Positions 8,969 through 19,090 of a stretch of 64,000 nt of DNA are shown one piece after another (position 1 is the first letter of the stretch; each line of letters begins with the position of its first letter). The translations under genes were made by a program, and so were the position numbers. The notes below the pieces were generated by a model that saw only the letters and a list, made by a program, of their open reading frames with translations, made no database searches and was not told where the DNA came from. This stretch comes from Escherichia phage vB-Eco-KMB38, in sequence record OR525701.1, one strand, 5' to 3'.

Positions 8969-9646
8969 TTATCGCTGTTTTACACTTAACGGGTCAGGAT
9001 TCTCAGGGACATCTTCAAGGCCAAGCGCATAACGCTGAGCATATTTTAACATCAAAATATCTTTAGCACAATCGTGAATACTATCATGGGCAACGAATCC
9101 TTTTAGCGTACCCATCGGTAATGGACACATACTTAATCCTCGTGTCAACGAGTAAGCTTCGATTGCCGTACGAATATCACGTTGAGCCCAGAATTTAACA
9201 GGTTCTAATTTATCAGTATCAATATCTGGTTCAAGAACACCTTCATCACGATAGAGGTCACGAATCAAATCGACCAATATCGGGAAGTCAAAGCTCATAC
9301 CACGGCACCACATCTGTGATTTCCATTGGTCAACTTTATTAGCTCGACAATAATCTAAAAAGATTTTAATGCCTTCAAGCGTAGTGACATCGTCTTCAGA
9401 CGGAGCCAAGTTTTTACGCGCTTCAGCCGATTGTTCTTTCCACCATTTCATAGTGGATTTAGCGAAAACTCGCTTCCCTTTCTGAGAAGCTAAATTAAAT
9501 TTAATTCGCTTACCTCGTTGAACAAGTTCTTCAAATGATTCAACAACTTCAGGGTCGGAATTATATGCAATAACCGCAAGGTCAATAACAGCCGCTTTTG
9601 ATGTATTGCCGAATGTTTCAAAATCTATAATAACATCAGTGCTCAT
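8969..9646 (-). CDS. dexA: exonuclease A (DEDD 3'-5' exonuclease)
   Basis: 225 aa; DFETFG exo motif; position upstream of dda as in T4. Confidence 0.8.
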   Translation of the reverse strand: MSTDVIIDFETFGNTSKAAVIDLAVIAYNSDPEVVESFEELVQRGKRIKFNLASQKGKRVFAKSTMKWWKEQSAEARKNLAPSEDDVTTLEGIKIFLDYCRANKVDQWKSQMWCRGMSFDFPILVDLIRDLYRDEGVLEPDIDTDKLEPVKFWAQRDIRTAIEAYSLTRGLSMCPLPMGTLKGFVAHDSIHDCAKDILMLKYAQRYALGLEDVPENPDPLSVKQR

Positions 9647-9655
9647 AATTTTCTC

Positions 9656-10969
9656 TCAAATAAAATGGACGTCAAAACGACCACGAGTTGTGCCGACATA
9701 CAATAACTGTTTAGCTAATTCTGAATCGGCATAATGGATACACGGTGTATAAACAAAGGCTGTGTCAACAGACATACCCTGGGCCTTATGGAAGGTTGAT
9801 ACTGGTAGTGCCTTCACCTTAGTGAACATACGTTTAGCATCCCAGAATTCGCTCCATGGAGCTTTACCACCTTTATTCCAGAATTTGTATGTTTCTGCGG
9901 TCTTAGCCAAAAACAAATTGAATTTATAAAGCTCTTCTTCAGAAGAAATAACCTTTATATCTTCGCGGATGTATTCTTCATCATCACCATATGTTTCTAC
10001 TGTAAGATTCCAGTATCGTATCATATATTCGCCTGAAACACCACGTGCTTTAACGAATGTAGACGTTTCTACAGCATCTCGAATACGAACGAATTGCCCG
10101 TTATTGAAAAGCATTTCGGTCATATTTTTACCATCTAGCTTATATGTCTTAGTAAATGGCTCTTGTAGAACAATGACTTCGTCTTTAATAAATGGTTTTT
10201 CTGTTTCAAGAAGTTTTCGGCGAATAATTGAATTTAACTTGTCCACCGACTTATTTGTGAATGCCATCATTCGATTTTCGAAAAGGTCTTCAGGAGTTTT
10301 AACGACGTTAAAATAGTTCATCATATACGATTTAAGGTCTGTATATCCATGAACACCGTGTCCATCAACTACTTTATCGTAAATCCATTTGCCATTACGA
10401 ATATCAGTCGCAACATCAATAATTGGTGCATTGCTACGTTTAACTTCTGTAAGGTTGCATTGCACGAAGTCTTTGTGAGTGAAGAAAGGACTTAGATACG
10501 CAGTTGATTCGCCTGGGTCTACCGGTCGAATCTGGCATCGGTCACCAATTCCAATTACTGTGCACCATTTAGGGATACTAGCTAACATTATTTTAAACAG
10601 AGGACGGTCGCACATTGACGCTTCATCAAATAACAGTACACGACACAAGGCTAAGTCGGGAACCTTTTTCTGTTCAAACAATACGTTTTCTTCGTATGTA
10701 GTTGGGTTGATTTTAAGAATGCTATGAATAGTCGATGCTTCTTGACCCGCAAGTTTGCTTAGAACCTTTTTAGCAGCATGTGTAGGGGCTGCTAAAATAA
10801 TACCTGATTCTCCAGAAGAAATAAGGGCTTCAACGATGAATCTAGTAAGGGTTGTTTTACCTGTACCAGCGGGTCCATTAATAGTTACATGATGTTTCTT
10901 TTCTTTAATAGCTTCCATAACAACGTTGAAGGCGTTTTTCTGGCCTTCAGTCAAATCATCAAATGTCAT
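9656..10969 (-). CDS. dda: Dda DNA helicase (SF1B)
   Basis: 437 aa; Walker A GPAGTGKTT; T4 dda is 439 aa at same position. Confidence 0.9.
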   Translation of the reverse strand: MTFDDLTEGQKNAFNVVMEAIKEKKHHVTINGPAGTGKTTLTRFIVEALISSGESGIILAAPTHAAKKVLSKLAGQEASTIHSILKINPTTYEENVLFEQKKVPDLALCRVLLFDEASMCDRPLFKIMLASIPKWCTVIGIGDRCQIRPVDPGESTAYLSPFFTHKDFVQCNLTEVKRSNAPIIDVATDIRNGKWIYDKVVDGHGVHGYTDLKSYMMNYFNVVKTPEDLFENRMMAFTNKSVDKLNSIIRRKLLETEKPFIKDEVIVLQEPFTKTYKLDGKNMTEMLFNNGQFVRIRDAVETSTFVKARGVSGEYMIRYWNLTVETYGDDEEYIREDIKVISSEEELYKFNLFLAKTAETYKFWNKGGKAPWSEFWDAKRMFTKVKALPVSTFHKAQGMSVDTAFVYTPCIHYADSELAKQLLYVGTTRGRFDVHFI

Positions 10970-11277
10970 CGTAAAGTCCCTGCAATTGGAATACTAACAA
11001 TACGGCCTGTGTCCAGGATTCGTTGATACAATCTTTGCGTCTCCGCATCTAGTTTAACGTGTTTCATTTCAAGCTTATTAAACCAGAACTTACGCGGAGT
11101 TTCGACCATTCTTAGAACTCCCATTTTTAAATCTGTTTTATACTGTGTTTTCAAAGTATCGAAAACTTTATCTGCAATATCCTTTCTAAAAAATACTGCA
11201 GGACGATGCTCATCAAGTGGGACCGGGACAGTAAATCCTTCCATATCTCGATAAACTATTGCATATACATAAACCAT
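10966..11277 (-). CDS. hypothetical protein (dda.1 position)
   Basis: 103 aa ORF with ATGA overlap to dda. Confidence 0.55.
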   Translation of the reverse strand: MVYVYAIVYRDMEGFTVPVPLDEHRPAVFFRKDIADKVFDTLKTQYKTDLKMGVLRMVETPRKFWFNKLEMKHVKLDAETQRLYQRILDTGRIVSIPIAGTLR

Positions 11278-11279
11278 AA

Positions 11280-12026
11280 TTAACCTTTAATCAGTTGGAA
11301 TAATGATACGTTAAGTGGTAAGCCACGTTTCAATTTTAATTTACCAATGAAACCAATCTTTTCAAAACGTTGCAGACCTTGGATAACTTTATCATATGTA
11401 TCGAAAAGCGATTCAGCGTCAGTTAATTTAGTTTTAGTTTTCCAGTCAGAGCCTTTAAGAAGAACGTTGAGTTTAGTAAGTTCATGGCCTTCTGCTTGAT
11501 GTGAGCCATTAATGCGTGCTTTTAAAGCAACAATTCTAAGTTTAGATTCGTTAGATAAAGGTTGATTTTTCATCATGTTCGCCATATGCTTAACACGATT
11601 TTCACGTTTTGCTCGGATTTTTAAAATAGTACCGTAAACCTTTTTAATTTGGGCCCATTTCTTCTCGTCGAGATTAAGTTTCTCTACTTTACGGGCAGAA
11701 GGATTAGCGATACGTCTTGCAATGGCATCACGTTTCTCAATAAGTTCTTCTAATGTTAAATCAGAACGAGCCGTGTTATATTTTTTCTTAACCGGGATAA
11801 CATTACCTTTAATGTAGCCTATATCATTATTAAAACGTTCTAAGGATAATTTCTCACCTTCAACAGAGTTATTAAAAGATTCACCTGAGTAAGCGCAGAC
11901 CTTTTGATCAAGAATGTTTTTAAGGTAATTAAAGTCCAAGTTAAAATCCTTAGAGCGTCTCTTCGCAGAAGCTCTGGTGTGGTCAAGACGACGATTGATT
12001 TTGTTAATTTTATTATTTGATAACAT
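11280..12026 (-). CDS. srd: Srd-like protein (putative anti-sigma/sigma-related factor)
   Basis: 248 aa basic protein at the T4 srd position between dda and modA; name by synteny only. Confidence 0.5.
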   Translation of the reverse strand: MLSNNKINKINRRLDHTRASAKRRSKDFNLDFNYLKNILDQKVCAYSGESFNNSVEGEKLSLERFNNDIGYIKGNVIPVKKKYNTARSDLTLEELIEKRDAIARRIANPSARKVEKLNLDEKKWAQIKKVYGTILKIRAKRENRVKHMANMMKNQPLSNESKLRIVALKARINGSHQAEGHELTKLNVLLKGSDWKTKTKLTDAESLFDTYDKVIQGLQRFEKIGFIGKLKLKRGLPLNVSLFQLIKG

Positions 12027-12178
12027 AATATTTTCCTCTGTCTTACGGACGTTAGGTCATTTAGCTGATAAGCTTATAATATCATGCCCTCAGGTAGTGT
12101 ACACTCTTTTTTCATAAAATGCTTTAATTTTTTATGTGTTATAATGGTTCTGAGTTCCATCCGGTTATTCTAATTCAG

Positions 12179-12787
12179 TCAGTAACTGACAATAGACAGA
12201 TTCCAGATTGTATAACTTCCATCTTGAATAATAGAATCTACACGCAGTGTAGTCCCTATAGGGAGCATAAATTCACATTCGTCGGATATAAGTCTAGCAT
12301 TAGACCGTCTTGTCGCTTCAGGGAAAGCTCCATTGAACTCACAAGATGGCGCAGCCAGAATCATGTTAAGCATATGTTCACGGAAGTTGAAAGCAAATGG
12401 TGCATCTTTGATGCAGAACATATTAAATGTTCCGTAAAAATTATACGAAGCAAAGTTACGTGCTACACTGAACACCGGGCTGAAGCTCATTACTCTATCA
12501 AATTTAATAATACTACCAATGCCTTTATCATCAAGTGTGACCATAGTTTTCTTAGAGATTCCACGATACATTGTCTCAGGAACAGAAGACGACCAATTTC
12601 TACGAACGATTGAACTTAACTCCTGTTGAATACAGTCTGGCTTGTTTTCCATACACTGCCACAGGATGCTTTGTTCATTATCGTTGAATTGACTATCAAT
12701 TTCGTACTGCAATACATCTTGATATTCGGGGTTTTGAGCACGACGAACCATTTCTTCAATTTCACACTCGTTATACGGCATAAACAT
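12179..12787 (-). CDS. modA: ADP-ribosyltransferase ModA
   Basis: 202 aa; paralogous to adjacent ModB-like ORF; conserved YRG(I/V) Arg motif; T4 synteny. Confidence 0.7.
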   Translation of the reverse strand: MFMPYNECEIEEMVRRAQNPEYQDVLQYEIDSQFNDNEQSILWQCMENKPDCIQQELSSIVRRNWSSSVPETMYRGISKKTMVTLDDKGIGSIIKFDRVMSFSPVFSVARNFASYNFYGTFNMFCIKDAPFAFNFREHMLNMILAAPSCEFNGAFPEATRRSNARLISDECEFMLPIGTTLRVDSIIQDGSYTIWNLSIVSY

Positions 12788-12844
12788 TTTGGTTTCTCCT
12801 GTGGTTGATAAAGGTATAGTATCATCATCGGAAGAGTTTGTACA

Positions 12845-13426
12845 CTAAAAATTCAACATTTTCAAATGAATGATTTTGTATAATCGAGATAAAGGGTCAT
12901 ATTCTAAGTCTTCAATTTCCACAATCTCAAATCTAGAGATACCTGAGACCATGTACTCTTGTTCAGATTCAATCATATCTAGGACGTCAACACGCGTTTC
13001 TTCCATAACATGCTTAGGGTTCTTTCCGGCGAGTACAATGTTAATCATGTTTTGGTAGTAATCAAAAATGAATGGAGCATTCCTGAGACTAAGAATAGTG
13101 TACGTCTGATATTCCCATCTCCCAGAGAATTGACGAGCTGTACTGAAATCAGTTGTGAACGATGTTACTCGTCCAGGAGACCAATGGCATCCAACAGAAA
13201 GAAGTGAAAGACGTTCTACTTCTTCTGGAGTTACACCGCGGTAGAGTTCTACTGGTACTGTAGAAGTCATATGCTTACGAACAAGATGGTCTAATTCATA
13301 GTGGAAATCCGGGTCTTCCTTAGAATCGGTGCAAGCCCAGAGAATGTTTTGTTCTTGGCGGGTGAATTTGCTATCAATCAGATTTGTTAGGTATTCACGT
13401 TCTTGAAGTTCAGATTGACATGTCAT
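12845..13426 (-). CDS. modB: ADP-ribosyltransferase ModB
   Basis: 193 aa paralog of ModA (shared ILWxC...VPxxxYRG segments). Confidence 0.7.
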   Translation of the reverse strand: MTCQSELQEREYLTNLIDSKFTRQEQNILWACTDSKEDPDFHYELDHLVRKHMTSTVPVELYRGVTPEEVERLSLLSVGCHWSPGRVTSFTTDFSTARQFSGRWEYQTYTILSLRNAPFIFDYYQNMINIVLAGKNPKHVMEETRVDVLDMIESEQEYMVSGISRFEIVEIEDLEYDPLSRLYKIIHLKMLNF

Positions 13427-13453
13427 GATAGACCTCCATTTAAAGATAAGCCT

Positions 13454-13482
13454 ATCATAACACGAGAGGAGGGAATGTAAAC
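13454..13482 (-). promoter_or_regulatory. T4-type early promoter (-35 GTTTAC, 17 bp, -10 TATGAT)
   Basis: consensus hexamers on minus strand upstream of modB start. Confidence 0.5.
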
Positions 13483-13642
13483 TACTTTTTAAGCTTTCCT
13501 ACTAAAGGTCCATCAGGGCCAGGTTGTTCTAACATGAATAACGATGCTTTAAAAAGCAATGTCAACCCTTTCACCATTCGATACCATGTCTCAAAGTCTT
13601 TTTCCTTGATTTCTAGTAAGAATTTCTCTTTAAATTTCTCTT

Positions 13643-13831
13643 TCATTTCCAAGGACTCCATGGTGGAGGGTCGTCATAATAAGAGGCAAGGTCTTTCAGG
13701 GCTTCAACAGGTAAACTAAAGCCGTGTCGTTGTATAATACTATCTAGTTCATCAACAAGTTCACTACGATGCACTTTAGGAGCCTCAACTTCAGGCTCGT
13801 CAAACATACTCATAAGGTCCATATTATTCAC
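13643..13831 (-). CDS. small hypothetical protein
   Basis: 62 aa ORF in gene-dense minus-strand run. Confidence 0.4.
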   Translation of the reverse strand: MNNMDLMSMFDEPEVEAPKVHRSELVDELDSIIQRHGFSLPVEALKDLASYYDDPPPWSPWK

Positions 13832-14288
13832 CTAAATAAAAACTAGCAGGTTCAGAGAATGTTTCTAGTGCTACACCTTTTGTCTTAAAAAATTTCCAAA
13901 TAGCTCGTTGCAAATGGATTAAATCTGCTAATGATGTAATAAAGTATTTTTTGGCAAAATACTTGTGGTCTCGCTTTTCAAACAAGTCTAAACGCTTTTC
14001 AGGATTCACATAAACGGCATTTTCCGTAGATTCATAACCTAAGTCCTTTATGCCTTCTTCAAGACTAAACGGAGAATTTTTAGAACGAGTAATAGCTCCA
14101 ACTCGCTCTACACGAATTTTGTAACCTTTAGGAATCTGCAATTTGCAGAATTCTTCTACGATATATTGCGGATTATTTAGACTTTTGTTAATGAGAATAG
14201 CTATTTCTAGTGGAGTCTTATCTTCTACTGGTATATGTTTAAATGACTTGGCTTCAAGCAAATACATTTTAAATAACATAGCATCCAT
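13824..14288 (-). CDS. hypothetical protein
   Basis: 154 aa ORF; start overlaps upstream stop (TAATG). Confidence 0.55.
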   Translation of the reverse strand: MDAMLFKMYLLEAKSFKHIPVEDKTPLEIAILINKSLNNPQYIVEEFCKLQIPKGYKIRVERVGAITRSKNSPFSLEEGIKDLGYESTENAVYVNPEKRLDLFEKRDHKYFAKKYFITSLADLIHLQRAIWKFFKTKGVALETFSEPASFYLGE

Positions 14289-14467
14289 TATAATTTCCTC
14301 GATGGTTCACCCATATAAAGTTTTACAATACGTTCGCCTTCATCTTCGACGAGTTTTTCTTCGTGTTTCTGGAATTCTTTAGCCATATTCTCTTCAAGAA
14401 CATCTAACCAATCTTCTGGTCCGACTCCATCATTCCAGCTTTTAAACCATTTTACTATTTTGTTCAT
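14288..14467 (-). CDS. small hypothetical protein (59 aa, below ORF-track cutoff)
   Basis: ATGA overlap with upstream ORF and TAATG overlap with downstream ORF; hand translation MNKIVKWFKSW... Confidence 0.45.
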   Translation of the reverse strand: MNKIVKWFKSWNDGVGPEDWLDVLEENMAKEFQKHEEKLVEDEGERIVKLYMGEPSRKL

Positions 14468-14700
14468 TCGCAGCTCCCTGAGTCCGAACTACAATCAGAA
14501 TAACTTGAACCAGAATCTCCAGACCAGGATGATACGTAAGAATGATTATAACTTGAAGAGCTTGAAGCAGACTTAGGACGAATAACTTCTTCCATCATGC
14601 CGTCACCAATATATTCCCAACTTTTTTCATGTGTATCAGGAATAGGCATCATACCTTCGCCTGGTTTAACAACAAATAACTTCTTCAGCATCGTAAGCAT
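14464..14700 (-). CDS. hypothetical Ser-rich protein
   Basis: ORF-track 14464..14775; start probably at an internal ATG because of overlap with 14666..14893. Confidence 0.4.
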   Translation of the reverse strand: MLTMLKKLFVVKPGEGMMPIPDTHEKSWEYIGDGMMEEVIRPKSASSSSSYNHSYVSSWSGDSGSSYSDCSSDSGSCE

Positions 14701-14893
14701 TAATTGTTCCTCGAACAAAACGAACACCACCATCATCCCAACGGATTTCGGCATTAAATTTGACGTCTTCACCATCCATCATGAATGAATGTACGACTAC
14801 ATCATCGTAATATCCAAGACCGTATTTCAACGAAACTTCTTGAGCAATCAAAGCACCTAATGTGTTATTAGGTTTAATCCAACGATTTAACAT
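14666..14893 (-). CDS. small hypothetical protein
   Basis: 75 aa ORF. Confidence 0.45.
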   Translation of the reverse strand: MLNRWIKPNNTLGALIAQEVSLKYGLGYYDDVVVHSFMMDGEDVKFNAEIRWDDGGVRFVRGTINAYDAEEVICC

Positions 14894-14961
14894 AATGTTC
14901 TCCTCTTGAGTAAGTAAGAATATCTTAACATAGTTTTTAGTGGATGTAAACTCTAGAAACG

Positions 14962-14989
14962 AAAAAAAAAGGAATCCCGAAGGATTCCT
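14962..14989 (-). terminator. rho-independent terminator downstream of soc (AGGAAUCC-UUCG-GGAUUCCU + U9)
   Basis: 8 bp stem, UUCG tetraloop, 9-nt T-run on minus strand. Confidence 0.7.
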
Positions 14990-14997
14990 TAAATTAT

Positions 14998-15234
14998 TTA
15001 ACCACTTACTGGTGTAGGGGTAAACATTGCAGCGTTCTTAGTACGCCAATCTGCTGCGTCAGTCACCACAGTAGTGTAAGCAGCTTTTTCAGATGGGAAA
15101 GTCTGATAATGAGCATCAGCAATCCGATGTTCGTTTGAATAAATCTCAAACGGTACAGAAACTTCCATACCTTTAACTTCTTTACCTTCACCCGCAGGAT
15201 GCGTAAAGGTTTTGATGTTTACATAACCACCCAT
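14998..15234 (-). CDS. soc: small outer capsid protein Soc
   Basis: 78 aa; GYVNIKTF...AHYQTFPSEKAAY matches T4 Soc as I recall it; late promoter upstream. Confidence 0.8.
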   Translation of the reverse strand: MGGYVNIKTFTHPAGEGKEVKGMEVSVPFEIYSNEHRIADAHYQTFPSEKAAYTTVVTDAADWRTKNAAMFTPTPVSG

Positions 15235-15265
15235 AATTAACTCCTTTGTTGTTTAATTACAGGTG

Positions 15266-15273
15266 TATTTATA
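15266..15273 (-). promoter_or_regulatory. T4 late promoter TATAAATA upstream of soc
   Basis: exact TATAAATA on minus strand about 32 nt upstream of soc ATG. Confidence 0.6.
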
Positions 15274-15279
15274 ACTTAA

Positions 15280-15801
15280 TTAGTAACCATTATCCTGACG
15301 TTCAAAGTTGTGTTGGTTTTTCAGGTAATACAGTTTGAAGATTTCTTCAGCAGAAAGACCCAGACCTTGGAACATATTCAGAACAAAGTGGAGGATATCA
15401 ATCATCTCGAATTTAATTTCAAGCTGGTCTTCAGGGGACAGTTCATCGATACGACGATTTCGATATTCAGCATGCTGTGCTTTCCATGGCTTCCACACAG
15501 AGCTGGCAGCTTTTTCACCGTTGGACATACCACCGAGTGAAGTCAGCAGTTCACGGAATTCATCATCAATATAATCTTTCTGATTACGCAGCCAATCAAC
15601 AACATCACCGGCAGTAGCCAATTCATCAGGATGTTTGTTATGTTCAGGCTTGTCATTTGCCAGACGAACCTGTAAAGATTTCTGCATATCAAGCATTACC
15701 TGCAGTGGGTCTTTATCTTCGTGAATCAGAGCATTAAAATAAGCTTCTTCTGCTTTATCAACACCAGAAATAAGTTGTGAACATTCGTTAAAGTGCGCCA
15801 T
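15280..15801 (-). CDS. 56: dCTP pyrophosphatase (dCTPase/dUTPase, MazG-like)
   Basis: ORF-track 15280..15816; start re-set to MAHFNECSQ (matches T4 gp56 N-terminus) with AAAGGA RBS. Confidence 0.8.
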   Translation of the reverse strand: MAHFNECSQLISGVDKAEEAYFNALIHEDKDPLQVMLDMQKSLQVRLANDKPEHNKHPDELATAGDVVDWLRNQKDYIDDEFRELLTSLGGMSNGEKAASSVWKPWKAQHAEYRNRRIDELSPEDQLEIKFEMIDILHFVLNMFQGLGLSAEEIFKLYYLKNQHNFERQDNGY

Positions 15802-15889
15802 TATTTTTCCTTTCAATTCAGTATAAGAGAGTTAATTCTAACATTAATTTTATAAAGCGTAATAAATAATATGTAACTAAGGAGATATC

Positions 15890-16087
15890 ATGTTTAAACT
15901 TCCATCGTTAATCAACGCTATTAAAGGCAATAAAAAGAAAACTGCTATCGCCGCAATAGTTGTAGGTGGCATTATTTCATGGAACTTCGGGATTGCACCA
16001 TTGTTAGTTGCCCATGGTGTTATGGTTCCTTCTGTTCCATTGGATACTGTAGTTGATTTGGCCTTTGCTATTATAGGGCTTGTTTAA
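15890..16087 (+). CDS. small hydrophobic membrane protein (65 aa), rare plus-strand gene
   Basis: strong SD TAAGGAGAT 7 nt before ATG; two predicted TM segments; stop overlaps primase stop (convergent). Confidence 0.5.
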   Translation: MFKLPSLINAIKGNKKKTAIAAIVVGGIISWNFGIAPLLVAHGVMVPSVPLDTVVDLAFAIIGLV

Positions 16088-17106
16088 ATCTTTGAATAAC
16101 GAGATAATCTCATTTTAGCATGCAACCCACTTGAAATATTCTGTTTCATATATTCTAAAATTTCTTGTGGTGTTGCATTTTCTTTCATTACCATATCATT
16201 CACATCCTTTGATCTCCATGGAGCTCGGTCCCAGAACATGACACGTTCGCCTGCATCAACTAATCGCTTCATGCGAGCTATAGTATCTGGATGCCTAGGT
16301 TCATTATCCATTACCCATACCCGACGTTCTTTAAATGGTACCACATCTAAATCTATTGAGCCGCCTGTAATAGCGATTGCATTGGGTATGAATAAACTAT
16401 CAATAGGGCCTTCCATTACCCAGACGTCCCCTTCCTTAACGCGTTCAACACCATAAATTTTTGTTGCAGACTCAAACGCTTTAATAGTGATATATTTCTG
16501 AGGAGCATCTTTACGAAGTGCACGTCCTTGGAATGACTCGGCCTTCCCATCTTTATTAAAAATAGGAATCACTAAACGTGGTTCGGGAATCTCTTTCTTA
16601 TACGTACCAGGTTGAATCTTGTTGACCAATTTGGGCCATTCTAATGTGAACCATAATCTGTTCCATGATTCTTTAGGAATACACCGAGACTTAACATATT
16701 TCACAATAGGATGCTCTTCAGGCAGCTTGTCAAGACGAGAACAAGACGGCAAAGAATTTATAGTCTTTTTCTCTGGTTCTGGTTTATGTTCAGGAACCTT
16801 TTCAATCTTTGGTTCCATTCTAGCTTTTTCTTTACGAACTTCCATTAGATATTCGCGATAAAGCTCTTCATCATACTCTTTTAAGTATCCGGAAATTGTA
16901 TTGTGGTATTGACAATTATAGCAATGTACATTACCAGGAGTACCGCCATAATACCAACCGCGGGCTTTCATTGCATCTGTCTGAGAGTCGCCACAAACTG
17001 GACAACGAAACGTTAATTTAAATGTGCTTGAATTATTGATTTGTCTAAAACGAGGGAGGTGAGAAAACGCACGATAAGCAAATTCATTATCTATCCATTC
17101 AGCCAT
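16084..17106 (-). CDS. 61: DNA primase
   Basis: 340 aa; zinc ribbon CPVCGDS...CYNCQ; T4 gp61 is 342 aa at same position. Confidence 0.9.
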   Translation of the reverse strand: MAEWIDNEFAYRAFSHLPRFRQINNSSTFKLTFRCPVCGDSQTDAMKARGWYYGGTPGNVHCYNCQYHNTISGYLKEYDEELYREYLMEVRKEKARMEPKIEKVPEHKPEPEKKTINSLPSCSRLDKLPEEHPIVKYVKSRCIPKESWNRLWFTLEWPKLVNKIQPGTYKKEIPEPRLVIPIFNKDGKAESFQGRALRKDAPQKYITIKAFESATKIYGVERVKEGDVWVMEGPIDSLFIPNAIAITGGSIDLDVVPFKERRVWVMDNEPRHPDTIARMKRLVDAGERVMFWDRAPWRSKDVNDMVMKENATPQEILEYMKQNISSGLHAKMRLSRYSKI

Positions 17107-17145
17107 AGTATTCTCCAGAGGCCTTAAATTAATAAGGCCATCATA

Positions 17146-17640
17146 TCACAACTTATTAATATTTACTTTAATTCGCTTTCTTTTCTTGGAAGGAATTTGT
17201 TCTGGGCCTTTATTTACGACTGCACCTGTAGTAGTTCCTGATGCAATAGCTTGAGGACTGCCGCCTGAATCACCAGCAACCATATCCTCAAATAAAGGGA
17301 GTTCTTTAAATATTTCTTTCTGTTGTTCTTCAGTAATGTTATAGCGTGAAGCTACAGCACTCCAAGCAGACATCATTGAGGCCATTCCATTAAGACCTGG
17401 AACAGTGCTCATCATTCGCTTCATTGAACGAACTGAAGCATGAAAAGGTGTATAAGCCGCTTTCTCTTCAGGAGTAGAAGGACGTTTAAGAACACTTCCA
17501 CGTTCATCGATGATTTTGGCTTCGTATGCTTTCCATTCGGTAAAAGGTTTTTGCATTAGTCGAATAAACTTATATGCGTAAACAGAATCTATTGCAGTGT
17601 TAATAATACCCATAGGTACCTCCTGAGTATATTTAATCAA
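17146..17640 (-). CDS. hypothetical protein (61.1 position)
   Basis: 164 aa ORF. Confidence 0.55.
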   Translation of the reverse strand: MIKYTQEVPMGIINTAIDSVYAYKFIRLMQKPFTEWKAYEAKIIDERGSVLKRPSTPEEKAAYTPFHASVRSMKRMMSTVPGLNGMASMMSAWSAVASRYNITEEQQKEIFKELPLFEDMVAGDSGGSPQAIASGTTTGAVVNKGPEQIPSKKRKRIKVNINKL

Positions 17641-17830
17641 TTACAAAGATTGCTTTGTCACCATTTATATCTGTGACTTCATATGTAGTGCCTTCATACT
17701 GTGGAATATCCCAAATTACACCATCATTAGCTTTTACGCTAATATGGCATTGGTGTTTTGAAACAACTTCATAATCTTCAAAACTTGTAAAAACACTAAT
17801 TTTAGAACCAGTGCAAATTGCAGTAGTCAT
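17633..17830 (-). CDS. small hypothetical protein
   Basis: 65 aa ORF. Confidence 0.45.
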   Translation of the reverse strand: MTTAICTGSKISVFTSFEDYEVVSKHQCHISVKANDGVIWDIPQYEGTTYEVTDINGDKAIFVID

Positions 17831-17832
17831 TT

Positions 17833-18492
17833 TTAACCTCGATTCATAAATGCATTAAATATTTGGTCATCAACAGAAATTTCTAATTCGACTTCAATTG
17901 CTTCAGCCTTTTCTTCAGGTGGTAATTCGTATCCACACACTACAATTTTTTCATCGATATCAAAATACACAGAAGCAATATGATTAATGTTATTTTCGGT
18001 TAAGTCTAAATCAACATCAACATCTTTTTGACCTACACTTAAAGGATAACTAATACGGGTTATTTTATTATCTTTAACAAAGAGTCCACCGACATACTCT
18101 GTACTACGTTTGAAGTTTACACGTTTCCGAAATGAAAGATATGATGCATCTTTACCGTGAGCTCGGCTCATAGGACATAATGAATAGCTAGAATAAGAGA
18201 TGTCAAATCCTACACCTTCAATATGAGCCAACGCGTCATGATTAAACCAATTATAATCATATGCCAAATCCATTATATTGTAATATGTGAAAGGCACTGG
18301 ATTAACATCATACGTTGTACCTTTAAAATCTGCCCAGGCAACGATTTCGTTATCTTTAACAATTACAAAAATTACACCAATATGATATCCGTTATTATTT
18401 TCGTTCGGCGTTATATTATAACATTGTGCATTAGGAAATTTACCATATTTAAATGGTGCGTTTTTGTGCATGTAATAAATCATATTATTCAC
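17833..18492 (-). CDS. hypothetical protein
   Basis: 219 aa ORF. Confidence 0.6.
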   Translation of the reverse strand: MNNMIYYMHKNAPFKYGKFPNAQCYNITPNENNNGYHIGVIFVIVKDNEIVAWADFKGTTYDVNPVPFTYYNIMDLAYDYNWFNHDALAHIEGVGFDISYSSYSLCPMSRAHGKDASYLSFRKRVNFKRSTEYVGGLFVKDNKITRISYPLSVGQKDVDVDLDLTENNINHIASVYFDIDEKIVVCGYELPPEEKAEAIEVELEISVDDQIFNAFMNRG

Positions 18493-18778
18493 CTGTGATT
18501 TCGGTTACGATATCTTTGTTATCGAAATTAGGGTCGCAATACAAAACATAATTGTACTGCATGATACCGCCAGACTTAAGTTGGTCAACAACTTTATTAA
18601 CCATATTAGGACGGTCTCGTTTAGTGATGTTCATGATATCAGAGAAGATTTGTTGTTCAACATCTTCTTGATTTGCCGTCATTGACCACTCACAGAGGTC
18701 TTTATCATAACCTGCCGTAACTGGAGCCGGTGCACATGATACTGCAAGTAAGATTGCTGCCAATGATAACTTTTTCAT
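18485..18778 (-). CDS. sp: periplasmic protein with signal peptide, spackle-like (superinfection exclusion)
   Basis: 97 aa with N-terminal signal peptide MKKLSLAAILLAVSCAPA; T4 sp is 97 aa at this locus. Confidence 0.55.
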   Translation of the reverse strand: MKKLSLAAILLAVSCAPAPVTAGYDKDLCEWSMTANQEDVEQQIFSDIMNITKRDRPNMVNKVVDQLKSGGIMQYNYVLYCDPNFDNKDIVTEITGE

Positions 18779-18841
18779 TTTAACTCCTTAGTTGATTTGA
18801 TAGGACTACTATACTATAGTCCATCTATAATGTAAACAAGT

Positions 18842-19090
18842 TTATTCTTTTTCGCGAATAATAATTACTTGTTGAGGCTGCTGAGCAGATTTCTTTTCGG
18901 CAACGATAGACCAAATTAAAGTTCCAATCCAACCAACCATCGTCCAGTTAAAGAGTAAAGATACAAAGAAGATTGCTGTTGTGCTTTTTGTGCCACGAAT
19001 GAGTGCGATTACCCAAGGCAACATGTAAATGATGATTGAACCAATACCTGCGATTAAAACTGCTACTGAACTAGCTACGAATAATTCCAT
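18842..19090 (-). CDS. small membrane protein (2 TM helices)
   Basis: 82 aa hydrophobic ORF. Confidence 0.55.
   Translation of the reverse strand: MELFVASSVAVLIAGIGSIIIYMLPWVIALIRGTKSTTAIFFVSLLFNWTMVGWIGTLIWSIVAEKKSAQQPQQVIIIREKE

Noticed and set aside
12616-12828. 70 aa minus-strand ORF overlapping the modA 5' end; similarly 53799..54005, 7124..7333, 51218..51445
   Set aside because: Out-of-frame overlaps with longer, better-supported genes; likely spurious.
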